Source: an uncultured Pseudomonadota bacterium (lineage in GTDB: Bacteria > Babelota > Babeliae > Babelales > RVW-14). Taken from it: a stretch of 64,000 bases of DNA. How positions within the stretch are numbered: the stretch's first letter is position 1; every line of letters begins with the position of its first letter. Made by a program: the position numbers and the translations under genes. Of this stretch, positions 8,731 through 17,400 are shown piece by piece. The notes under the pieces are model-generated. The model was not told the DNA's origin. It did not search any database and saw only the letters and a list, made by a program, of their open reading frames with translations. The stretch covers positions 213-64,212 of the forward strand of contig CAYHBO010000004.1 in assembly GCA_964354855.1 (NCBI GenBank). The letters are read 5' to 3'.

Positions 8731-9299
8731 CCATACAGGAACGCTTCTAGGACAAGTAACTCTAAACATTCCAGGAGAACACAATGTCCTTAACGCATTG
8801 GCTGCCATTGCAGTATATTGCGAACTTAAAGTTTCATTTGATGTCCTCACTTCATTTCATGGTGTTGAGCGTCGCTTCGAATTCAATGGGGTTTACCACG
8901 GTACTGAGATTTTTGTAGAAATAAAAAAGACATTGGTCATTGCTCAACGAAGAAAAAAATAAACTTCATGTGTTGCTTCAACCGCATCGATACACACGCA
9001 CCGAGAAGCTGTGGGACGACTTTGTAGACATCTTCACTACTGATCATGACTATGAAATAAATTCACTTTTTCTTACCGAAATTTTTCCTGCAAGTGAAAA
9101 TGCAATTCCTGGCATCACCGGAAAACGTCTTACTGAAGCCATTAAATTAAAAAATCCTCACATTAATATTACCTTCTGTCGTACGTATGATGAGATTGTC
9201 ACTTTGATAAAACCATTACTTGCTGATGGCGATTTACTGCTCACCGTCGAACCTAGCAAGATTAATATCGTTGGAGAAACTCTTCTCAAAACAGCATAA
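8727..9299 (+). pseudogene. murC: Decayed tandem copy of the murC 3' third
   Basis: ORF fragments 8609..8962 and 8940..9299 translate to MurC residues ~265-464. The copy has a 21-nt deletion removing DDYGHHP, an A9->A7 homopolymer contraction (frameshift and stop) and no 5' two-thirds. Confidence 0.85.
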
Positions 9300-9351
9300 C
9301 TTCATCACGAACGTAAATCATTCAAACAATATCACAGCTCGATAACCATAT

Positions 9352-9384
9352 CCCACTCGACATTATAACCGAGTGGGTTTTTTT
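9352..9384 (+). terminator. Intrinsic terminator (cccactcg-N10-cgagtggg-T7)
   Basis: 8-bp GC-rich stem followed by a T7 run, downstream of the murC pseudogene copy. No equivalent follows the intact murC. Confidence 0.7.
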
Positions 9385-9446
9385 ATGCGCCATAAAAAAC
9401 ATAATAAACAACCCGCTGTTTTTATGAAAATTATCTCAAAGATAAA

Positions 9447-9475
9447 TTGACACTACTCCTAAAATGCGTAACAAT
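9447..9475 (+). promoter_or_regulatory. Putative sigma70-type promoter of the OM-protein gene
   Basis: Perfect -35 TTGACA (9447-9452), a 16-17 nt spacer and a weak -10 taacaat (9469-9475). Strong SD aaggag precedes ATG 9550. Confidence 0.4.
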
Positions 9476-9549
9476 AGCGAGAATTTTGCATGTTCTGTAA
9501 GACATGTCCAGAGAAACAATATCACTTTTTACGTATCTAAAGGAGACTA

Positions 9550-11571
9550 ATGAAAAAGTTAGCGCTCGCCATTTTATTGGCGGCAACATTTTCTATATCG
9601 CCTTGTTTTGCCGTAAAACAAAGCAAGAATGACGTTACGCTCGACGTGAGTAAAAAAGAACACGAGAAGCAAGCATTCAAAATTGAAAGCGGCGATTGTG
9701 TCTTAACTATTGGCGGAAAAACAAAAATCGAACATTACTTCGATCGTAACATAGCCTTATTAAATAGAGCTCTGCCTGACGAATTTAACTATCTCAAAAA
9801 TACATTCGATCTTTCTTTTGATGCCGCTTATGGTAAAAATAAATTCGGTTACAATGCTGTTGAAGTATTTACCAAAATACGTCACAAAGGGGTATGGGGT
9901 CGTGGAGCGGTGTTTGCAGATTCCGATGGCATGGCACCAGCGCCAATAAAATTAGAAGATGCAGTGTTCGGGTCACATAGTCACACCAGTGGAAAACCAC
10001 TTGTATGGATCAATGAAGCATGGTTACAATTCGCTATTAACGCTATCGCAGACGCATCATCAGAACGTCTTCATACCGTTAAAATTGGATGGTTCCCATT
10101 CGATGTTGGTCGTGGAATATCACTTGGTTCAATCTATGGTTTAAACCGAGAAGGCTTTGGATTAAACACCTATGTTGAAGACAAAGGTGCTCCTGGCATT
10201 CTCTTACACGGTGAATTAAAAAAAGATATTCTTTCTTATGACCTTTACTATGCAAAATTTGAATCTCGTAGCAAATCTCTTGGGGATACGCTCAACGAAG
10301 TCAAAGCCCCTCTGCTTGGTCGTAAACTTTCTCCATGGCGCGGCGTAGGCAAAGACAATGATCTTTTTGCTGGTCGTGTTAAATGGAAACCATTAAACGA
10401 AAGTAAATTTGGTACGTTAGAGCTTGAACCGTATGCTTTCTATAACTCAGCATCTGACCAACGTATCGTAATTGTTGCAGATTCAACAATGAGACTTGGA
10501 ACCATCGGAATGGCTCTTGAACACAAACATAAATCTTTTGAGTTCGGTGCTGAAGGCGCATTCAATATGGGAACACAAATTGTACGCGCTATCGATCAAA
10601 ACATCATTCAAATTAAAAGAGACGGCGTAAGAAGCCAACTTGTTGGAATTAATGATACCCCAACAACACTTACAACAAGTGGTGGGAATCTTGTACAACA
10701 GTACTCTCAAATCTTAGACACTGCTACAGCTGACGCTCCTTATCCAAACGCTCTGATTACAAATGAAAGTAATGCTGTAGCAAAATTACTTGTCACAAAC
10801 GACAACGCTCCCCTTGATAGCGGGAATAGATTTAAGAGCAAACCTGGTCGTATTCTTCCAGGCTACACCAATAAACTACGTGGATTCATGGTTGTTGCTG
10901 ATATCACCCAAAAAATTGAACAATATAAACTTGATCTTTCTGTTGCTTATGGCTTTGCTTCTGGTGATACAAACCCTCATGTCGATCGCACTGATAAAAC
11001 ATATTCAGGATTTTTAGGTCTTCATGAAGGATACTCTGGAAAACGAGTAGCAAGCGTACTGTTTCTTGATGAAATGCGTGGTGTTTTAAGTATCCCAGGT
11101 TCTCTTGATGCGAATGTAAATACGGCAGATAATAACGAACTTGCATTCACCAATATGCATCACTTCGGCTTCGGGGCAAAATGGAAACCAATTGTTTTAA
11201 AAAAACCATTTACGCTCAATCCAAACATGCTAGCTTACTACCGCGCTTATGCAACGAAAAAATGGTCTTCACTTACACAAGCTACCACCAACGAAGATGC
11301 AAGCAGATTCATTGGTACCGAATTTAACTTGAAAACAAAAATGGAATTACTCAAAGATCTAGAAATCTTTGGTAACTTTGGCGTCTTCCTTCCTGGAAAA
11401 ATGTTTAAAGATATCCAAGGAATTCCATTCAAAAACTCATTCGGCAACACAGATTTCTTTGACGAATTATCTCAAGAAGCTGAAGTTGAAGTTGATGATA
11501 TTAAACAACAATTCAGACTAAGCACCAATGTTGCTTACCATGCAAACATTGGACTTACCTACGCATTCTAA
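9550..11571 (+). CDS. Putative outer-membrane beta-barrel protein (porin-like), family unknown
   Basis: Signal peptide MKKLALAILLAATFSISPCFA. 673 aa with alternating beta-strand-like composition. Terminal GLTYAF with C-terminal Phe is typical of OM barrels. SD aaggag. Confidence 0.6.
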   Translation: MKKLALAILLAATFSISPCFAVKQSKNDVTLDVSKKEHEKQAFKIESGDCVLTIGGKTKIEHYFDRNIALLNRALPDEFNYLKNTFDLSFDAAYGKNKFGYNAVEVFTKIRHKGVWGRGAVFADSDGMAPAPIKLEDAVFGSHSHTSGKPLVWINEAWLQFAINAIADASSERLHTVKIGWFPFDVGRGISLGSIYGLNREGFGLNTYVEDKGAPGILLHGELKKDILSYDLYYAKFESRSKSLGDTLNEVKAPLLGRKLSPWRGVGKDNDLFAGRVKWKPLNESKFGTLELEPYAFYNSASDQRIVIVADSTMRLGTIGMALEHKHKSFEFGAEGAFNMGTQIVRAIDQNIIQIKRDGVRSQLVGINDTPTTLTTSGGNLVQQYSQILDTATADAPYPNALITNESNAVAKLLVTNDNAPLDSGNRFKSKPGRILPGYTNKLRGFMVVADITQKIEQYKLDLSVAYGFASGDTNPHVDRTDKTYSGFLGLHEGYSGKRVASVLFLDEMRGVLSIPGSLDANVNTADNNELAFTNMHHFGFGAKWKPIVLKKPFTLNPNMLAYYRAYATKKWSSLTQATTNEDASRFIGTEFNLKTKMELLKDLEIFGNFGVFLPGKMFKDIQGIPFKNSFGNTDFFDELSQEAEVEVDDIKQQFRLSTNVAYHANIGLTYAF

Positions 11572-11572
11572 T

Positions 11573-11615
11573 GGTTCGAGACGGTGCTATGCACCTCCTC
11601 ACCATGAACGGGTGA
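11573..11615. repeat. REP-like palindromic element (TTCGAGACG...CTCCTCA family), copy 1
   Basis: ggTTCGAGACGgtgctatgcacCTCCTCAccatgaac lies directly after the stop codon. It shares its flanking motifs and hairpin potential with 32277-32313. Confidence 0.6.
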
Positions 11616-11629
11616 AATAAGTACTCAGA

Positions 11630-11659
11630 GGGCCGGCGATTGCTGGCCCTTTCTTTTTT
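11630..11659 (+). terminator. Intrinsic terminator
   Basis: gggccggc-gatt-gctggccc (one G-U pair) followed by tttctttttt. Confidence 0.7.
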
Positions 11660-11861
11660 AGGCAAATATGTACGAATTAAAAATAACCCTAAAAACGCTC
11701 ATTTAACGCCTAAATCTTTTCAAGGTGTAACATTCTTAACCCCCCTCCCCTACCCTTTTGACGATCAAAGCCCCTCCTGGTACTATTGTTATATAATGTA
11801 AGAAATATCGCGTGGGGCGGTCATAGTTATGATTATTAATCGTATACATAAAGGGAATACC

Positions 11862-12293
11862 ATGATTAAGAAACTTTCAATGAGCTTATTGCTCGCAGCC
11901 TTAGTTGCAGCACAAGCACCGTTAGTAGCAATGCAACCAACTTCTCCTGCAGCAACAACAACCGCTAAGCCTGACACAAATTCTTGGTCTAACTTTTTCT
12001 GGGGCACAGGAACACGTAAAGCTGCAACCATCGGAAGTGGTATTGCTGCATTATTCGCTGGTTGGTTCCTTTGGAAAAAGTTCACCGCAAAGCCTGAAGA
12101 AACAACTACAGATACAATACCTAAAGGCGTCGCTAAAGAAGACGTAAAAGAAACACCGGTTATCGGAGCAAGCACTACTACTACAGAAGCACCAAAACCA
12201 GCTCAAACAGATCACGAAGCTGAATTAGCTAGACGTCGTTCAAACCCTAAGTACATGGCTGAGTTCAATCGATTTTCATTTCCAGCAAGATAA
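11862..12293 (+). CDS. Small secreted/membrane-anchored hypothetical protein
   Basis: SD aaggga 5 nt before ATG 11862. Signal peptide MIKKLSMSLLLAALVAAQAPLVA|MQ. Thr-rich linkers. One internal hydrophobic helix (AATIGSGIAALFAGWFLW). The opposite-strand ORF 11789..12175 is judged spurious. Confidence 0.5.
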   Translation: MIKKLSMSLLLAALVAAQAPLVAMQPTSPAATTTAKPDTNSWSNFFWGTGTRKAATIGSGIAALFAGWFLWKKFTAKPEETTTDTIPKGVAKEDVKETPVIGASTTTTEAPKPAQTDHEAELARRRSNPKYMAEFNRFSFPAR

Positions 12294-12324
12294 AGAACAC
12301 TTAAGAAAATTTAGTCTAACACAT

Positions 12325-12354
12325 AAAAAAGGGACGCATATGCGTCCCTTTTTT
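12325..12354. terminator. Bidirectional intrinsic terminator between convergent genes
   Basis: A6 + perfect 18-nt palindrome gggacgcatatgcgtccc + T6. Confidence 0.8.
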
Positions 12355-12399
12355 ATTTTAATCTTCTCCGAGAATATCGAAGAAGAAAAAGAAATTTGA

Positions 12400-14391
12400 T
12401 TAATATCGTACGGCAAGACCCGCATGGATATCAGATTCACGAAAGACATTCTGACCGGCAAAAGTGTATGCTCCACCAGTAAAAAGACTCCAGTACTTAT
12501 GCGCATGCCAATGCATTTCTGAACGAATACGATGTGCAACACGTTGTGTATCTCTTTCTCCAACCTTGTTATCAAGCAGCATTGGGTAATCTACAAATGA
12601 ATCACCTTTAACCGTCCCACTTGCAGGAGATGCTTGACCTTGAACCGTGTTGGTATCTGCCCATACTTGACCTAAGAAATGGTTGGTTACCGACTTGTTC
12701 TTGAAGCTTACATTATCTTCGGTCTTGTAATAAATTTCATACCCAATCGTGGTGCTTAATCTACGACTCTTTGGATGATAGAAATTAAACTCAAAGTGAC
12801 CAGTCAAATAACCCCAATCAACTTCAGCCGGAGTGCAAGGCCCAATATTATAAACCGTTGCGCCTTGAAACGCAGCTGCGCGTTGTTCAGTTGCTGATAA
12901 CACAACTGCATATGAAAGATCAGCTTTTAAGGCAAGCCAATTAACCGGTGTTTGCCAGCCAACGTTAGCACCAAGCTTTAATTCAAAGTGCCCGCCGTTA
13001 CCCGTTTCTAAACGATATGGGTTTCCACAGAATCTGTTTGATCCACCGGTTGGGAAACGAACCCCAAGCCACACTTCTGAACGCCAATTTTCATTGAACG
13101 TGTGCTCATAGAATAAATCAACATCTAAATCACCAAGGCCGGTGCTGCGATAGGTTTGAAATACAAACCCTTGTTGCGCAAGATCACAAAGAACATCGGA
13201 TTGATAAATTTGTAGTTGTTGTTCAATAGCATTAACAGCAGCTTGCGCTAACGGCGTTGGCACACGCCCAGCACCATCAAATACCGGCGTTACCCACAAA
13301 GTATTAAAGTTGGGCTGATTAGCGATGTTGGTATAATCGCGATCCTCAGTAAACGCAAAGCCTCGTGCTTGGTTAGCCGCAGTAACGTTACCCAAGTTGG
13401 CATCAAGTGCTAAAAGGTCATTGGCGGTAGATGGTGCGCCATTCACTTTAGGAGCTGTCAATGGATTAGCCGTTGTTGCAACACCAAATTCAACACGATC
13501 ATTATTTGATGCTGCATCAAATCCACCGGTCGTACTTACCGTAACGGCACAAGGCACCGTAAATTGCGGCGCAGCCTGCCCACCACTACCATTTCCTCTG
13601 ATAATAACCATAGGAATAGTTTGTCCAGCATAACCTTGTGGGTCTGCTGTAATCGAATTATTTACATTGGCTGGTAGATTGTATTGCGTGCCATTAAATC
13701 CTGATGCAACACGAGTCCCTGCAGTTCCAGCATTTAGTTTCACAATAGCAGATTGAATCGTTCCATTGCTTGCAGGAGCACGTAGTTGCATGAGTAAAGC
13801 CAATTTATAACGATTAATGCCAGAAAACACTTGTTTAGCACCTAAACTATCGGTCATAAGTACCGCATCGCCACGAACAATTGAATTGTTTAATCCACTA
13901 AATGGACAATCATCAGAATCATCACGTTGTAATGCAATGGTTTTGAACGGCACCATGGCTCTTACACCGATACGGCCTTTATTCTCAAACACTGGATACT
14001 CAAATTTTCCACCAAGCGCCATCCCCTGATCACTGTAGTTAGCAACCGGTGAGAATTGTGAAAGAAAGAAAAATGGGTTTTGATTGGCAAAGAAACCGGT
14101 ACTCAATACCGTACTATTTTGTGCGAAGGACTGACCAATAGTAAAAGCCTCTTGTCCAAAAATTACCCCGGGTAACTGTTTTGAACTGGTACCATCTTTT
14201 AAAAATCCACGATCTGCTGTACGTGAGTACATTGCGGACCAGGTGTCAATCGACCATTTATCATGCTTCATCGTAAGATCGTAGCGCAACGGGCCACGCT
14301 CGGTGACTAGCGGTGCGCGGTACTCGTTTGCAAACGATGTACCAAAAGCACAAGCCGCTAAGCTCATCACCATTAACTGTTTTCTTATCAT
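12400..14391 (-). CDS. Large outer-membrane protein (MOMP/porin-like), paralog family with 62542..>64000
   Basis: SD aaggag. Signal peptide MIRKQLMVMSLAACAFGTSFA. C-terminal ...HAGLAVRY (aromatic terminus). Motif ETGNGGHFELKLG is shared with ILGNAGHWGLGAG of the window-end gene. Confidence 0.6.
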   Translation of the reverse strand: MIRKQLMVMSLAACAFGTSFANEYRAPLVTERGPLRYDLTMKHDKWSIDTWSAMYSRTADRGFLKDGTSSKQLPGVIFGQEAFTIGQSFAQNSTVLSTGFFANQNPFFFLSQFSPVANYSDQGMALGGKFEYPVFENKGRIGVRAMVPFKTIALQRDDSDDCPFSGLNNSIVRGDAVLMTDSLGAKQVFSGINRYKLALLMQLRAPASNGTIQSAIVKLNAGTAGTRVASGFNGTQYNLPANVNNSITADPQGYAGQTIPMVIIRGNGSGGQAAPQFTVPCAVTVSTTGGFDAASNNDRVEFGVATTANPLTAPKVNGAPSTANDLLALDANLGNVTAANQARGFAFTEDRDYTNIANQPNFNTLWVTPVFDGAGRVPTPLAQAAVNAIEQQLQIYQSDVLCDLAQQGFVFQTYRSTGLGDLDVDLFYEHTFNENWRSEVWLGVRFPTGGSNRFCGNPYRLETGNGGHFELKLGANVGWQTPVNWLALKADLSYAVVLSATEQRAAAFQGATVYNIGPCTPAEVDWGYLTGHFEFNFYHPKSRRLSTTIGYEIYYKTEDNVSFKNKSVTNHFLGQVWADTNTVQGQASPASGTVKGDSFVDYPMLLDNKVGERDTQRVAHRIRSEMHWHAHKYWSLFTGGAYTFAGQNVFRESDIHAGLAVRY

Positions 14392-14476
14392 TATTTTTTA
14401 CTCCTTTAATATGCACTTTTTCCGACAAAATGCTTTTTAGAGGAGAGCTTACGCCCCCCTCTAAATCATATGCTCC

Positions 14477-17400
14477 TTAATTTGCCAAGTAGAAGGAAAA
14501 TTGTAGAGGATCTCTTGGTGCATTAAGTCCATTTCCAATCAACGTACCGGTAGTCAATCCTAACGCAATATTACCTTTTGGTAACAAGACCGGAGCGATA
14601 TCTCGCACAATCTTTGATGTATCCGCTGGATAGATATCAGTAGGATTGTTGTTCAAGTTTATAAACCCTGCTGTGAATACAAAGTTACCGGTACCAACCG
14701 CTGCTAACATCTGATTTTGTGTACCAATATTTGTACAGGTCATCAGATTAAAGAAGTCAGCCAGCGTATTTACCGTGAACTGTACACCACTTGAAACCTT
14801 CTTTGCAGTATCATTTAACAATGTATAAGACGGAAGATCGGTTCGTCTAAAGATCATCGGCGCTGAAGCCATGAGTGAGTACTGCTCACCATCTGCTTGT
14901 ACGCCTGCAAAATCCCACACGTTAGCAAAAATGTCGGGTGTTCCTGAAGGCACTAACATCATATTACCACCACCAACTACTTGAGTATTTGTTGGTCCAT
15001 TCAACCTGAAATTCCATTGAGAAGCAGGACCAACCGCAAACAGTGACGCAGAAAGATCTGCACCATTCGCGATACGGTTATGCTCAAAGCGTCCTGATTG
15101 AAGATCAATCTTGATGTTATTCACGTTAAAGAGTGCTTGAATAGTCCAACCGTTAGCTGGTTCAGTTTCCGGTGTAAAGATTGGGAAACCATGACCATCA
15201 AGAGCAGCTACGGTTCCGTTCATTACCGGATTATTCGCCGCCGTTGCATCACCATTTACATTACCATTTTTGTCGATAACACCTGCACCCAAGCCAAAGA
15301 AGCCTTGACGATCGATATGGGTACGAGGATTACCACCAAAGAGATGTTGTAAGGTAAAGTTAATGTAACTACCAGAACCTACATCAGCAGAGTTCCCAAC
15401 TTGAAATGCTCCACCTGATAACACTTCATCACCAATGTTAAATTGAGATTGACGATGCAAGCTAATCACAACATCGGTTTGTGGCGTTTGCAAGTCACTT
15501 TCTACACCAACAGACCCAGTACGAACAACGGAAAGTTTGGCATTTTTATCAAGCCAGATTTGACCTTTACCAATGATCTTACAACGTTGTTGATCAGCAT
15601 TAGAAGCAAGTACATATGGTTGTGTGTTTGTGTTCGGCTCAATTGGGCCTTCAAAAATCATTTGCGCATTATCGTTAAGATAAATGACAACCGGAGCTGC
15701 AGGGGTTGCTGAATCTTCCCCGTCACCACCATTCATCACAATATCACCATTGATATCACGAACCACCGCATCACTAGCATTTGGGAATCTAAGTATTGAA
15801 CCTTCTTCAAAGATCAATTTAAGATTGCCACCAAAGCAGATCTGTTGTGTTCCAGGAGCTTGACCAAAACTTGAAAGGTCTAGTTCTTCACCTGCTGGAA
15901 TACGAATCTCACGAGGAACTTCTGAATAGAAGGTCAAACGATTCGAATGTCCAACAATTGGATCATCATCGGTACCGGCACCGGTGTTTTGTGAGAATGA
16001 TGTTGTTGCAACAAGCGCAAGTCTGTCAGCAATGATCAGATTTGAGTTTACGTCAATAACACCATCACCAAGTGGCAATATTTGTACATAGCCTTTACCT
16101 AGACGTGTCCACGCTTTCACTGATGATTGATTATATAACGCATTACCAAGACCAATACGACCACCAAAGTCTAGGTATAAGCGAGCATTATCACCTTCAC
16201 CGACCATATGATCGCCACCAGGCAGATCTTGTGATCGAGGAATGGTTATAAACTCACGTACACGACCAGGAATAGGTAAGACTTCATCACCAGAAACTTC
16301 GAATACTAATGGATCAGATAAGGAGGCACCGGCAACTTTAAATTGTCTGATGTCATCATTGGTACCAATGTATAAGAGGTTTGTAGGCTTTACGACTGGA
16401 ACCTTAACAGTTTCAGTTGCACGAGTATGTATTGATTTTATCGAGTTTAACCAGCTTGCTGTACTACGTGTTGGAAACGGTTGGAATACCGCATTATTCC
16501 CTTCACGATTAAACCAGTTAATCATTACTTCATTAGCACCCGATTGATCACCAACTATGCGTGATGTGTTGGCAAAACTCATACGAACATACCCGGCTGT
16601 GTCAGCAGAACGCTCTGCAAACATTGCTTGAGTAAAGCCATAAGGTTGAACACCAGCTCCTTTAGCGAATATCGATTGATCATGAGGTAAATCAACAATC
16701 CCTGTTAACTGCTGAACACGATCATTACCAGCAAGGTTATAGTCGTTGCTGATCTTTTGTGCAATTACCGTGTCTACAACAGTTACATATGGTTGAGATT
16801 TAAGATTACTATCGTTTGGCCGCGTAATCGTTATCTCGCCACCATGATTAACATACATCACGCCTTGATTGTTATCACGGTTAACCGGCGAAAGAACACT
16901 TGATCCATCAGTATTAAAACCACCCCAACAAATGTAATTAGCATTAATCGATACAGTGGCTGGTGGAACAAGGAATGCATCTAACGAAAACAGATCATTT
17001 GGATTAGTACTAATCGATTCTTGCGCTGCATAGTTTAATGGATACACCGTATTCATATAAGGATATGCATTATTTAATGAACGTGTACGAGCAAATTGTC
17101 CACTTTCAACTGGCCAGCCAAGAGCAATGTTAGTACCACCCTGATCAAGCACTGAACCCAAGAACAGATGATGCGCACGTTGAGCAGCAAATTGATCGCT
17201 TACTGAATCTCCTGATGCAACAACACTGTCTGGGAATTGGTTACCATTTTGCAATTCAAGAAGAACACTCGCACTAAGATCATCAGAATTTGTTGAAGGA
17301 GCATTGCTCTTAAACACGTTCCAATAACAGTCTTGTGTTGTCCACGTTGTGGTATGCCCATCAACCATAGTATTATGTAACGAACCTTGTTGGAGAACAC

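Noticed and set aside
8609-9299. Track ORFs 8609..8962 and 8940..9299 as independent protein-coding genes
   Set aside because: Both are pieces of a decayed copy of the murC 3' end (frameshift in an A-run, 21-nt deletion, no own start context). Called a pseudogene instead.
11573-11615. tRNA-like 'GGTTCGAG' (T-arm-like) sequence after the OMP gene
   Set aside because: No acceptor stem, anticodon arm or D-arm can be built around it. It matches the TTCGAGACG...CTCCTCA REP-like element seen again at 32277.
11789-12175. Minus-strand ORF 11789..12175 (128 aa) as the real gene instead of the + strand ORF
   Set aside because: The + strand ORF has an SD (aaggga), a canonical signal peptide and a downstream terminator. 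The minus ORF has none of these and an odd composition.
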